From Octopus bimaculoides (Eukaryota): a DNA stretch of 64,000 bases. A model generated the notes under the pieces. The model ran no database searches and was not told the origin of the DNA. It was given only the letters and a program-made list of their open reading frames with translations. A program made the translations under genes and the position numbers. The stretch is taken from the NCBI RefSeq assembly GCF_001194135.2, contig NC_068986.1, positions 9,417,946 through 9,481,945 on the forward strand. Direction: 5' to 3'. This document shows, piece after piece, positions 12,091 to 24,624 of this stretch (position 1 is its first letter; the number at the start of each line of letters is the position of its first letter).

Positions 12091-13286
12091 CCATCTTTTA
12101 AGGGCACAGTGTTTCTGAACACTGTGCCCTTAAAAATTGTCACAAGTGAAGTATGCCTATTGATTATGCAACAGCATAAGCCAGGCCAATTCCATCCCAA
12201 TATGAAGACAGCAAGCTGGCAGAATCATTGCCATGCCATACAAAATGCCGAGTGACATTTCGTCTGTCTTTATATTCTGAGCTCAAATTCTACCAGATTT
12301 CACTTTGCCTTTCAGGGTCAGTAAAAATATCCCTTTTGAACACTGGAATCAATGTAATCCACTTTCCTCCTCCCTTATGATTGCTGGTCTGGTACCAAAA
12401 TTTGAAACCATTATTATTATTATTATTACTACTACTACTATTGTTGTTGTTGTCTCACTGTAAAAAAGAAATAATTTTGACTGACTTCCATTGTCACTAT
12501 CTTCAGAGTAATAATAATGGTATTACTATTCCAGAATCGTGTGAATAATTCTTGGCTTTTGGTTCAACTTTAATTACCTAATATATTTTCATGAGTTGTT
12601 TTAATTCTCTGAAATTGCATCTCGAGATTTCTTTGACCTGACTAATTTCTTTCCAATAAGCTTTCCACTTATTCTTTATGTGAAAGCTTAATCCACCAAT
12701 GCTGTTTGTTAATCTTTTAATCTGTTGGTTTCTTTAAAGTTTATTTGTCCAGTAACTCTGAGTGATATATTTATTCCAAGCTGGTGTTCCCCCTGATCCC
12801 TTTTACTCTGTTCAAGTCCATAGTTTGCTGTGGTTCTTAACGATTATCACCAAAATAACAAACGAAAAATCAGGTGTGTGTGTGTGTTCGTTTCTTATTG
12901 CTTAACAACAGATGTTGGTTTGTCTATGTCCCTGTAACTTAGCAGTTCAACAAAGAAACCAACAGAGCAAGTACCAGACTTACAAAATTAGCACTGGAAA
13001 CAATCTGATGTAAAAATTATTGAAATTTCAAAAATTGTTTTCAATTTTCATTTGTCTTTTGCATCAAAGTATATATTTTTAATGAAGTAAATTTGATTTA
13101 ACTATTAATTAATGAAAGCCAAACAGAATTGTGCATTGTTTTTGGAACAAATTTGTTCGATTTTAGACCAGGAAAATCACTTCTATTTTGTGTGTGTGTG
13201 TGTGTGTGTGTCCGTCTGTCTATATCTCTGTTTGTTTCTGAAACTTCAGTGACAGTGTATTGATATTGATTTTATTTTTCGTTCAG

Positions 13287-13316
13287 AGGAAGAAATACAA
13301 ACTACTTATCGTAAGG
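13287..13316 (+). CDS. Microexon 6 (30 nt), EEEIQTTYRK
   Basis: tttatttttcgttCAG acceptor, AGG|GTAGGT donor, phase 1/1. Confidence 0.7.
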
Positions 13317-13361
13317 GTAGGTATTGTACAATATTCTATTATTATTATTATTATCATTATG

Positions 13362-13580
13362 AAGGTGGCGAGCTGGCAGAATCATTAGCACGCCGGGCGA
13401 AATGCTTAGCGGTATTTCATCTGCTGCTACGTTTTGAGTTCAAATTCCACTGGGGTCAACTTTGCCTTTCATCCTTTCGGGGTCGATAAATTAAGTACCA
13501 GTTGCATACTGGGTCGATGTAATCGACTTAATCCCTTCTCCCCAAATTTCAGGCCTTCTCCTTCCAGTAAAAACGATTGT
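13362..13580 (+). mobile_element. tRNA-derived SINE family A, well-preserved copy
   Basis: aaggtggcgagctggcagaatcattagcacgccgggcgaaatgcttagcgg...gagttcaaattcc, inserted about 45 bp downstream of microexon 6. Confidence 0.9.
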
Positions 13581-14420
13581 TATTAGCATTTCGTTTGGCT
13601 CTTTTAAGTTCTGAGTTTAAATCCTACCAAGGCTAATTTTGCTCTCATCTTTTTGAGGGTTGATCAAATAAAGTACCAGTTATGTACTGGGATCAGTATA
13701 ATCAGTTAACCCCTTCCCCCTTTGTACCAAAATTTGAAACATTTTTATTATAATACTGATTAGATATCAATATGTGATATCACCTGGTATTCGTACAGTT
13801 TTTTTTTTTCTTTTCTTCTGTCTTTTACTGTGAGTCTCAATGCTGAGTCATGCAGAGACGAGTCTCTTCATAACAGTTTCTTCTGAAACATTGTCACCTG
13901 TTGTTGCTCAACCAACTCACTCTATCATCAAATATCAATAACCTCTTTAGAATAGGTTTTAAATTCCTACAACTTGTTACATCTCTCTGTCTCCCCCCCC
14001 CCGTCTCATTTGGCCAACCCTGAGGTTGATTGTACCACAGAGATTAGCTCCCTTTCTACCATGGGCCAACTCTATCAGAATTTCATTTATAATTGTCACA
14101 TAACAAGGGATTAGTTCCAGTTAATTTGCATTGAATTTGTGGATTATCCCTAAATTACTGTTGAACCATTGCGCTGAGAAATGTCTTTCTACTATTCAAA
14201 TGGCATTATTTTGTAAAATCAGTCAAACTCTTGTCTTGAAAGTATCATGGCAAGTTTTTCAACACAACTTAATTATAATAAACCTATAAATTTTATTTTT
14301 AATTATTATTATTATTATTTTTTTTTTTACTAAGAGATATTTTAATTTTTACTTCTGACATCCTGATTTTTGTCCCGAACCTGTCAGTATTTATTTTGTT
14401 CTATCTTTTGTCTTATAAAG

Positions 14421-14450
14421 CTGAGAATTTGCCGCCTCCTAGTTTTATGG
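14421..14450 (+). CDS. Microexon 7 (30 nt), AENLPPPSFM
   Basis: Pyrimidine tract with AAG acceptor, GG|GTAGGT donor. The downstream intron (gtaggtatcagttgtctggtttgcatg) resembles those of exons 9 and 11. Confidence 0.8.
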
Positions 14451-15012
14451 GTAGGTATCAGTTGTCTGGTTTGCATGATGTTTCCTGGAGTTTTCCTGTA
14501 GTCATAGAAGAATTCCACTTACTAAAACTTCTAAAGTCATAATTTTAGTTATCTTGATATCTAGCTGTTGTATTGGTTCAATTTAATTCATTTAATTACC
14601 TTCCTTATAAAGACAATTAAATCTTGAAATGTGTTGTTAAGATATAGCAGAAGTATACTTTAAGAAAGTTATGTATTGTTATATCAGACATACTCTAAAC
14701 GAAAACCATTTTTTGGTTGGCGTCAAGGAGAAGAGTTTGCTGCAAATACTTCGGTCCTGTAATATTTGTTCCACTCACTTTAATTTCACATTACATCAAT
14801 GGTGATGATGATTGTTACTACATTTGAGATGGAACAACAATTTCATTATTAGCTGCAAACCTCATCAGTAAAAAAAAAACAAAAAAACAAAAAACAAAGA
14901 AAAATCACAACAAAAATATATATTAAAGAATAAGGGTTAATTCAGTCTGTTGGTCCTCTTGAATAAAATGGCTGTAATACTTAAATATTTCTTGAGCAAC
15001 TGTTTGCCCCAC

Positions 15013-15014
<2 letters not shown>

Positions 15015-15084
<70 letters not shown>
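15015..15084. repeat. (TG)n microsatellite
   Basis: Direct reading. Similar (CA/TG)n tracts at about 6113, 11395, 13190, 16495, 21902, 39134-39234, 44242 and 45595. Confidence 0.98.
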
Positions 15085-15087
<3 letters not shown>

Positions 15088-15104
15088 GCACTAACAACAC
15101 TAAC

Positions 15105-15250
15105 CTTAGGAATGAGCACCTAAGTTCAAAATTTCCCCAAGACACTTAATGAAGGCTGTGGAGGGTATATCAGCCGAAACATTGTGTTAACAACAAACAA
15201 GATGAGGACAAATAATGTACATAATTCCTCATTTCTTAAATATAGAACTG
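15105..15250 (+). mobile_element. Solo Penelope-like terminal repeat, same family as 7085-7236
   Basis: Shares ttaggaatgag...aaatttccccaagac...gaaggctg..gagggtatatcagccgaaac...aacaagatgaggacaaata. Confidence 0.7.
15141..15188 (+). ncRNA. Degenerate minimal hammerhead ribozyme motif
   Basis: gacac-TTAATGA-a-ggctg(...)cagcc-GAAAC-ATT-gtgtt. Stems I and II are intact; the core and stem III are mutated. Confidence 0.45.
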
Positions 15251-16329
15251 AATTAATAAAATGTTGCATAGTTGTGTAGGAGGGAGAATTTCTTTTTTGA
15301 GATAGTTACTGCAAGAAAGGTCCGTTCATATTTAAGTGTACACAAACTTGTTCAGCTTTTCTTTTATGCTTTTAAATTAGTCTTCAGCAGTTGACAACTA
15401 AACACATTTGAGGTTCTGCAAAGTAAATCATTTTATAAAGAACCAGAATTTGTCTGTTCAATTAAATTCCGTCTGTGTATTCCTCCTTCATTTACTTTAG
15501 TTTTAAATGAGTTTCCAACTAATATATTAATTATTTTCCTATGTTATTTTAATTTGGATAAAGTTAAGTTTCATTGCTAACAAATTTACATTAACATTAT
15601 CAACCTTGTCTCTATATTTCCAATGTTTATATTTACACAGTTGTGTGATCCCTGATTGCTAGAGTTAGTGTCTCTCTCTCACTGTCTGTGAATGTAGTCT
15701 TACAATAGATTCTGACTGAAACCTTTTATTTGTAAACTAAAGATAATACCATTCTTATCCAGCAGGCCATATGTAGTAGAAGTATGGCTGTAATTCTAGA
15801 TTATTGAACTGATATCATTACTGAGTATCCTGATTGAATTTTGCTTCTTCCATTAATATCTCTATCAGTTCTGAAACTGTCAATACATGGCTGTTCATGT
15901 TTTCTTCTTTCACACTTTATATTATGTTCAGCCATTGTTCACTTTGACGTAACACTTCTCATTAAGGCTCCCCCCCCCTGCTTTGTCTTTTACTCTCATC
16001 TTAAACACTAATTGGTTTATTGTTGAGAAGACATTCTACAAATGTATCAGATGTTGTAGTTCTATCTACAATACTAAAAGGAATGAATAGATTTGAAAAC
16101 GTGTCAGATATTTAATCTACTAAATTTATTTCCCCCAGATGACCAGAATGCAATATCTTTAGATAACATCTAATAATCAATCAATTGTTGGATTCCTGAG
16201 TGTTGTTTTTAATCTTTAATATTAATCAATAACTACTGCAGTGGTTTATGATTAAACCTGTTAAGTCTTTCAGTGGATATACACCTTCATTTTATATTTT
16301 TGTTGAATTCTATCCTATTTCTGTTCCAG

Positions 16330-16362
16330 TTGAAGAAGTGGTCAATGATGCTGACATTGAGG
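16330..16362 (+). CDS. Microexon 8 (33 nt), VEEVVNDADIE
   Basis: tttctgttcCAG acceptor, GG|GTAGGT donor. Paralogous to exons 10, 12 and 13. Confidence 0.85.
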
Positions 16363-16670
16363 GTAGGTAAACCAGATGATGCTATGTATTAGTTCTGGTC
16401 AGACCCAGTCTTTTACCATTTTATTCATTGTTAGCAGGTGGGTGGGGGTACTACAGGCTCTTGTGAAGTCAAAGAATCCTTTCTCTTTGTATAATTGTGT
16501 GTGTGTGTGTGTGTGTGTGTGAATGTGTGTATAATTACATTCACACACAAATTGGCAAAGTAATATAAAATTACACTGCTATTGAATTTAATTCAGCAGA
16601 TCCATATGTTGTTTGATAATATCAATAAATGCTACTTCATTGTGAATATTATTAGAGAGAATTAATTATA

Positions 16671-17875
16671 TCGGGTCGTCCCATAAATAATGCAGTTTTT
16701 TCAATTGCATGAACTAAAAGTCGGAGGAGGACGGGTTAAACTACCTGCATCAACTTGCTATAAAAGCAAGTGGTAATTTTACCTTGCCCTTATTCTTAGT
16801 GCAAGTTTTGAAGAGTGCAGATTGATTTTAACAGTTATTTTTTTTCAAAGCCATAATGGAAGTGACAAAGCATATTTTGCTTTATGAGTTCAATAAAGGC
16901 AACAGAAGCTGTGAGGAATATTAATGCAGTATATGGAGATGGAACAATAAGCGTAAGCCAGTGTCAACAGTAGTTCCAGAAATTCTGAACCAGAAACTAC
17001 AGCCTTAGAAGATGATCTTCATTCTGGAAGATCTGTAAAGCTCGATGAGGACACCCTGGAAACCCTGGTGGAATAAGATCCCATCATAACTGTTGAGAAA
17101 CTAGCAGTGAAGCTTGAATTTGGTCATTCAACCATTCATTGCCACCTGGCGTACCATTGGAAAAGTCAGCAAATTGAGTCAATGGGTTCTTCACAAACTT
17201 TCCCAGTCTAATTGCACGCAGAGAGTGAATGAACCTTTTTTGGACCGATTAGTGATTGTTGACAAGAAATGGTTTCTCTATAAAAATGTCAAGTGCCAAA
17301 GACAGTGGGTAGGGAAAGGAGAAACTCCAGCACCCCAGACTAAAGAAGGTCTTCACCCACATAAGGTTTTGTTATCTGTTTGGTGGGATACAAAAGGTTT
17401 AGTCCACTTTGAACTTTTAAGCCTAAACCAAATGATACAGAGATCTACTGTGAGCAGTTAGAAAAATAAATGACCATCTTTGGTTTCAAGACGAAAGGTG
17501 TTCTTCCATTAAGATAATGCTCAGCCACACAGTGAGAATGACACTCCAAAGGCTGGAGCAGTTTGAATGGGAAACAATGCCCCACACACCCCATTTGCCA
17601 GACATTGCCCCCATTTGATTATTATTTATTCCACAATCACAAAATCGTTTGGACGGAAAAAGTATGAATTTTGTAGATGAGGTCAGAACAGTACTGGAGG
17701 AGTATATTTTGTCATGGACAAGTAAATTTTGGAAAAGGGGCCTTGCAAATCTACTAGATAGATGGAAGAGCATTGTAGAAAATGAAGGAGAGTATATTTT
17801 AGATTTTTAAAAATTTATCTTCATTTTGAAAAATAAAAGTACAAAAAAACCCACATTATTTATGGTATGACCCAA
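16671..17875 (+). mobile_element. Near full-length degenerate mariner (Tc1/mariner) DNA transposon
   Basis: Imperfect TIRs of about 30 bp (tcgggtcgtcccataaataatgc... / ...cattatttatggtatgacccaa), flanked by TA on both sides. Confidence 0.92.
16856..17810 (+). pseudogene. Mariner transposase pseudogene (stops and frameshifts)
   Basis: Recognisable LLYEFNKG, WVLHKL (WVPHEL-like), IVDKKW, KVLLSVWWD, DNA.PH, PDIAP and GLANLLDRW...ENEGEY. Confidence 0.9.
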
Positions 17876-19054
17876 TAGTTTTGTATTAAGGAGAACTTCA
17901 CTATCAATACTATTAGAGAGAACTACCGTTTGTTGCTAATTTTTGTATACAAGTTTGCTTATTGTAGATCTTGGTGGATTAGGGATTAGTTTATCCCTTA
18001 CAGTGTTCTTTAATGAATGTTGTTCAGTTTAGACAAAAGAATTTGTTGGATTCTTGTCTGAAAGTTTGAGGTCCCTTAGATATTCCTCACTTCAATATAT
18101 GACAAATTATAAACCTGGTTTTTCTTGTTAATCTGAAATCTCTTTGAAACTCAGGTGTAGAGTAGACATTATTGCGAATATCTTTCTGCTTAAAAATAAA
18201 ATAAATATTCAAAGGATTTTCAGTGCCCATGGATTTTTTTTTCTTTCAAACCCACCAGGAGTGAAGTTCAACTTGAATTTTTAGAGAGAAGACCTGGCTG
18301 GGAGGGATGTATCCATTCATGTGAGGTCTCAGTATTCTGCCAGGCACTTATTCCCTATTTAGTCCTTGATAGCATCATTCCAGTTTTATCTTTGTTGCCC
18401 ATGAAGCTGTTTTCTGTCCCTCTGATCACTGAGGATGCGGGCACACAACTTCTGGGTCCTGATAATATGACTAAAAAATTACAATTACTGCCATCTAACT
18501 GTGGTTACCAATATTTGATTTGCTCCAATCTTTAAGACTGAATTCCCTGTTCTACAGGCCAATCAACTGATCCACAGTGCTCCCTTGTAGCTTGTCATCT
18601 TAAATGCCATCTGTGGTCTGGTGTCAGCCACCTTTAGTCCATCCTTATCTTTAGGGTCCATGTTTAAAGAACATTAAAACTGCCAGGAGAAAATGATGAA
18701 AGCTTTAATGCATTTAAATCTTTTAGTTTCTTTTTTTTTTTAATATCAATAATTGTGCTTTTGAAATCATCTTTGTAATTGAAATATATTCTATACTTTT
18801 CACTATACCATTGTACTTTATTAATTGATATGCAGTTGATAAAATATACTTTTATGCACTTCTAAAGGTTGAACACAATCTAAAGTCTTGACTGTATTTC
18901 ACTACTCAAATGTTGACAATGTAATAAAATAATAATAATATCATATATCTGACAATGTAATATATTACATATATGATAATGTAATCACAATATATTATTA
19001 CATTCTTTAATATATTAATATTATTGATTTTTAATTTTTGTTTTACATTAATAG

Positions 19055-19081
19055 AAGATTTACCACCTCCAGTTGGAGTGG
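19055..19081 (+). CDS. Microexon 9 (27 nt), EDLPPPVGV
   Basis: ttttgttttacattaaTAG acceptor, GG|GTAGGT donor. Identical to exon 11. Confidence 0.85.
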
Positions 19082-19609
19082 GTAGGTACCAACCTTCTGG
19101 TTGATTTGCATGCTGTTTTCACTTTATTCTCTTTTCAAGAGCTTTATATATAAAAATTCTTTGCAATTTAAATAGAAAATTCTTAATACTTTTGACAATC
19201 TTTGTAGCAATTCATAAATGGTTAATTTTGGATTTTTGTTTGAGGCATATTTTTTAGAAATTATTTCTGTTTGTAATATTTGCTACATGTGAGTTTACTT
19301 GCAAAATTGTGTTTGTGTGTGACTGCACATGCTTCAGCTTTCTTTCATACATCGTCTGGCACTCTTAGAAATATCCAACAACTTTGATAGATTCAGATAA
19401 ATTTGTTATGACTACAAAAAGATGGATTAAATTGACTTTTCTATCACATTAAAACGAATCACTGTTAAGAATGAATATCATATACCCCAGATATGACTAT
19501 CTGGTGACTACAGTGTGTTCCCTGTTAATACATACTCACTACAAATCTGCTCAATTTTAATTTTATTCAAATTCAAACTCACTTTGCCGTTTTAATAATT
19601 TACAGTATT

Positions 19610-20012
19610 GACCAGATCTCCAGATGCTGTTAAACACCGCTGGTCACAATGCACTTCCAATTCTGTCTTGATTGTGCCATTCTTTTCTATCTTGAACCAT
19701 ATTGCTTAACTAGATTGTCTTCTCACCATTGTGGTAGCCTTCCAGGTGGCTTTTTTTTGATCTCATGGATACCACTTAGCATCTGCACAGGTCCACCTTT
19801 TGTCTGGAAACCCTGCAACATGTCCTGCCCAGCGGAACTTGTGCTTTTGGTATTCTGCAATCACATTGTAATCTTTGCTCCAATTTTAAATTATCTCATT
19901 TTGAATATATTCTTGTAATGATATTCCTAGCATGGATATTCCTCCATGGCCCTTTGCATCATAGCCAATCGATGTTCTATCCTCTTTGTAGCAACCCATG
20001 TCTCACTTATGT
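19610..20012 (-). mobile_element. RTE-clade LINE fragment, degenerate
   Basis: The minus strand gives HRLAMMQRAME...KHKFRWAGHVAG-like sequence. Boundaries are approximate. Confidence 0.65.
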
Positions 20013-20440
20013 ATAATCAAATAAAATCATATTAAAAACCAAGGAACTTAAATTACTTTTAACAAATGTACTTCTTTTATTTTTAAGTTCCTTTATCTTG
20101 AAAATGAATTTTGGTATATTTCACCATTTTCTTATTTTAGGGACAGCTAGAGAGTATATCTCTTGTAGTTTACTTGTGATATTTATTGACTGACAGACCA
20201 TTAGCAAAACATAATGAACTTGTTTTTATAGCCACAATATTATCACTACGACACACATAGTCCCCAGTTGGTAACATTGATTTCAAGGCCCTCCTAGATG
20301 AGAGACTGGCATTCCACTTAATGTCTATGTTCCATGCTGGCATGGATTGGAGAGTTATTAATGTAGAAATATGGTATCGTAGCTACTAACAGTTGAGGGT
20401 TGCGTAGTCTAGACAGCGTTTTTAGATTTCATTATTCTCT

Positions 20441-20473
20441 TTAACCCGGGCAAAGCCGGGTATTTCTGCTAGT
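20441..20473 (+). mobile_element. Helitron-like 3' terminus
   Basis: GC-rich hairpin cccgg-gcaaag-ccggg, followed 8 nt later by CTAG|T. Confidence 0.55.
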
Positions 20474-23453
20474 CTCAAATAAAACTTTGATTAGTATTTA
20501 AGATTTTCTGTTTGTAAATTGTTTTGTAAGTAACATTAAGACAGCTTATTAGTTTTATGACGAGTTTTACCTAAAAAAAACCTTTTCGATTTAAGGCCTA
20601 TTATATTCGTCAGCACTTGACTCAGCTTGTGATTTCTCAATTCAAAATATATATTGTAGTTTTCTGAAAGAATATCCACTGGTCACCTTGCACACTCCCA
20701 GAGGATAAAACAATACATTTGAAGAGGAATTTAAAATTTTTTTTTTTTCTCTAAATATTGTATGCAATTATAAACAACAAAGAATGAATATATATATATA
20801 TAGTCTAGATAGAGCTATGTTCAAGTTTAGTCAGTTATGTATAGTTTGGAATGGTAGCATTCCTAAATCTATGACTCTTTAAACATTTCCATACCTTCTC
20901 TGTTTTGTCATCTGAATGAAAGGTTCCTGGTAGTGGCGTGTTGTTTCCACAGTTTGCGATAGGCTTCAATGGATTCTGGGAATACTGCTTAGAAGTGACA
21001 AAACAGCAAATGTCAGCTTATAATTGAAAGGTTTGCCCCTGGTGGTGTTCATAGTTTGTGTATGCCATCTTTAAGAATTGATTTTAGATTTATATTTTAC
21101 TTCATAATGATCTGTACTCCTAGGGGATGGTGGCTCCATGAAGTCTGCCCCTAGGCCCTTATTTGTAGTATTCCTAAACAGAACTTCATCATTTACAGCA
21201 GATGTGTCAATGATATATTTATATAGAGAGAAATATGGAAGAACAGGGTTATAGTCTTTTAAGTTGACCTTGAAAATAATTCCATTCTTAAATTTACAAT
21301 CACACACAGGTCTAGCATAACAGCACTCTCTTTTGGGAAATAAGTGTAGGATAAGGAATGACACATAAAAGACTTCAGTATACACCAAAATCATAAATGC
21401 CTTTACATACCTGCTGAAAGTGATCGTCCCCACCCATAAATAAATGACTGCAACCATTGATGACACACAGCACTGGAGTAAGACTGTCGACCTGTGGAGT
21501 GAAACAAACATTGAATTGGTGACTTCACTCATGTTTGTGCTACAGTAAAATACATTCAAAAGATTCTGTAAAGTGGTAGGTGTTAAAAAAAACATCCATA
21601 CACAGAAATTGTGCTCAAAATGGATTGTGCAAAATAACTGTAAATAACTCAGACTGTGACAACCAGTCCAATCCATGCCAGCATGGAAAGCAGACAGATG
21701 ATGATGATGGTGATAAAGAAATGTTACAAGTGAAACAAACATTAATTAATAATGGATGCCTTGAAGAGATTAGTAGATTATTCTATAGATTAATATATAT
21801 TAGTTGACCATACAACACATTCACCTACATTGATACAACCAATAGAGCACTCAGTAAAAAACAAAAACCAACACATATATAGCTTATGTAGTATACTACT
21901 ACCACACACACACACACACACACACACACTAGAAGAACCAAGTGCACCTGAGTTACAGAGTGGATGAATATGTCTTAAAACAGAACATGTATCATACCTC
22001 CCCATAAACTCACTGTCAGAGTAAATTACAAAAATACTGGAATGAAAATCTTTCTGGTCAACATGAAACTAAAGATTTGCAGAACAGACGACCAGTGCAA
22101 TATAGGAATTTCAGTGTAAACATGTGAGTTGTAAACTTCATTACATCAACTGTTGTGTCAGACTTAACAGGAATGGCACTTTCTCATTGGTTGATCCTGC
22201 ATTTACAACTAGAACCCAATGCAACACAATACATGAAACAGAAGAAAAAAAAACATTTGCTGCTGGCTGGCATCACCATTCTATAGAGATTAACTGTGGA
22301 AGGTTTTACTAATAAAAAACAGCTTTAAAAAAAGTCCCCTCCCAAATTAGCTTACAGATAGAGCACACATAGAGTATTGTTCTTTGGTGCATTAATGTTT
22401 CAAGGCTTTCTCAGTTATATAGTAGCTATGGGAGCAGCCCAAGTTTTAATGCAACTGGAGCTCACCTTATTTTTAATGTTATAATATCTACAGTTTATGG
22501 GGAAATGTTAATTTATAAAATTTATGAAACTTTTGGCATCATTAGATTAATATTTAAACTATAGGTTGGATTATACTATATAGTTTCTTTCCTACCGAGT
22601 TTATGATTATTTGTGTTGTTGAGTCCTATCTTTGGAGGCACTCTCTTTTAATGCATTATTATAATAATGAGCAGCATAGTTAAGATTTCATGTCAGGAAA
22701 TAAACTGATATTTTCTTGTTAATGTTACTAGTGACATTTTTAAGAATTATTGTGCATTGAAAATGTACAAAATCCTATCAATTCACAAATCTCAGTTCAA
22801 TCCTCTGGTCCCTTAGTTACATCAACCAAAATATTAGCAAAGATTTCTTATTGATCACATCAATGCTTGAATCATCAGTTAGAATAAAATCTCGGCTAAA
22901 CTCTAAATTTTTCTGAAGAAAAGATTTCTTTATAGATAGTTAGGACCTACAAATAGAACTGTGTAAATGTATAATGTGGCCTATCTATTTTATTGTATCA
23001 TGTCCTTTTGTTGAAGTTTCTTTTGAGCAATCATTTTGGAAGATGTTTAAGGCACAAACTGTGTGAAATATTTCTTCTATTTTTTCTTTGGTGATAATTA
23101 TTCAACTAATAATCACCTTGCAAAGTTTTATAAAATCTATGGATTTCTGTTGAGCAGAAAGCTTTTATTATGAGAATAAACTCTAAACAAGATTTTAAAT
23201 ATGGTATGAAATTTAGTTAATTGTTTTTTTTTTTAAATTTGTTTTTTAGATAAAATTTAATAAAAGTTTAATTTGTCAAAGAAATCAAACTTTATTCTAT
23301 AGTTGTTGGTGAGGGGATTGAAGATTATAAAGTTTTGTTAGTCCAAAATTAAGCTAGAAATATTGCTGTGGTGTAAAGACTAATAAGTCTTTGACATAAA
23401 TGTGTATTATTCCATTGTATCTTTGTTTGAATTCCATCGTGTTTCTGTTCCAG

Positions 23454-23483
23454 TGGAAGAAGTCAGTGATATTGATGTTGATG
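23454..23483 (+). CDS. Microexon 10 (30 nt), VEEVSDIDVD
   Basis: tttctgttcCAG acceptor, TG|GTAGGT donor. Confidence 0.85.
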
Positions 23484-23761
23484 GTAGGTAACTAGTTATT
23501 CCTGATTCTCTTTCTTCACCATTTTTATTCAAAGTATGCCACATTAGTTATTTGATATCTCTGATAATTTTTAAAATCTCTTTAGAAATCGAAGTTTTTC
23601 TAAGGCAAACTCTTGTTACATGAGATTCCAGCATATTGTTGCCATTTATTCCAATTTAACTTTTTAATAAAAGATCAGAACTGTCAAGATTAGATTAGTT
23701 TTGTATAACCACAGGAAACATTCATAGCTTTTCATTGCCATTCTAATAATGCAAGCATTGT

Positions 23762-23810
<49 letters not shown>

Positions 23811-23989
23811 TGCGTGTATGTGTATGTACAGCTGCTTTTAAGTGATTTAACCTGGTGAATATTTTTGTGTGGATAACCAAGGTCCTGTGTCTAATTCAAT
23901 ACTCAAATGCTGATTGTGTAATAATATTATACATTCTTTAAAATATCAGTGTTATTTACTAATTTTTATTTTTTGTTTCACATTAATAG

Positions 23990-24016
23990 AAGATTTACCA
24001 CCTCCAGTTGGAGTGG
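23990..24016 (+). CDS. Microexon 11 (27 nt), EDLPPPVGV
   Basis: Identical to exon 9, including 10 nt upstream and 31 nt downstream. Confidence 0.85.
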
Positions 24017-24591
24017 GTAGGTACCAACCTTCTGGTTGATTTGCATGTTATTTCAACACTGCTCTCTCTCTCTCGTTTATTAAATTTGCAGAGGTTTCAT
24101 ATAGAGAAATTGATATTTAACATTTTTTTATGGAAAAGTTTTAGTACCTTCAAATATCTTTATAATTGTTCACAGCAATCACTGTTCATAAACAGTTCAT
24201 TTTGGGTAATATCTGTTTGTAGTATAAGTTATTAATATTCAAAATTAAATATTACTATTTGTTTCTGTTGAGTATGATGTCTGACTGGAGAAAAACCAAA
24301 AAAAGAGGCCCTATTAACTGTTTTCTATTGTAAATGTGACCATTGTGGTACAATCTTAAAGGATTCTTTCATTAGGATTATAGAACTTTGTCTTCAAAAA
24401 AGTTATAAAATGTAGAGAATCTCCCTTCATTTCTGTTGCATAAATGGATGAAATTATTGGGAATGATTGCCAAACATTTACTTTGTTCAAAAACTAATCT
24501 AGAAATATTTTTGTGGTTTGATACTAATCAGCTGTGTTCAGAAATTTGTTCATTTATCCATTTATTGACGCATCTCCTGTTTTTGTTCCAG

Positions 24592-24624
24592 TTGAAGAAG
24601 TGGTCAGTGATATTGATCCCGATG
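24592..24624 (+). CDS. Microexon 12 (33 nt), VEEVVSDIDPD
   Basis: tttttgttcCAG acceptor, TG|GTAGGT donor. Confidence 0.85.

Noticed and set aside
18220-18700. Possible degenerate LINE fragment on the minus strand
   Set aside because: The sequence looks coding-derived, but I could not read a convincing motif in any frame.
21071-21742. 223-aa minus-strand ORF
   Set aside because: It starts in a family C repeat tail, has no recognisable domain, and has AT-rich noise composition.
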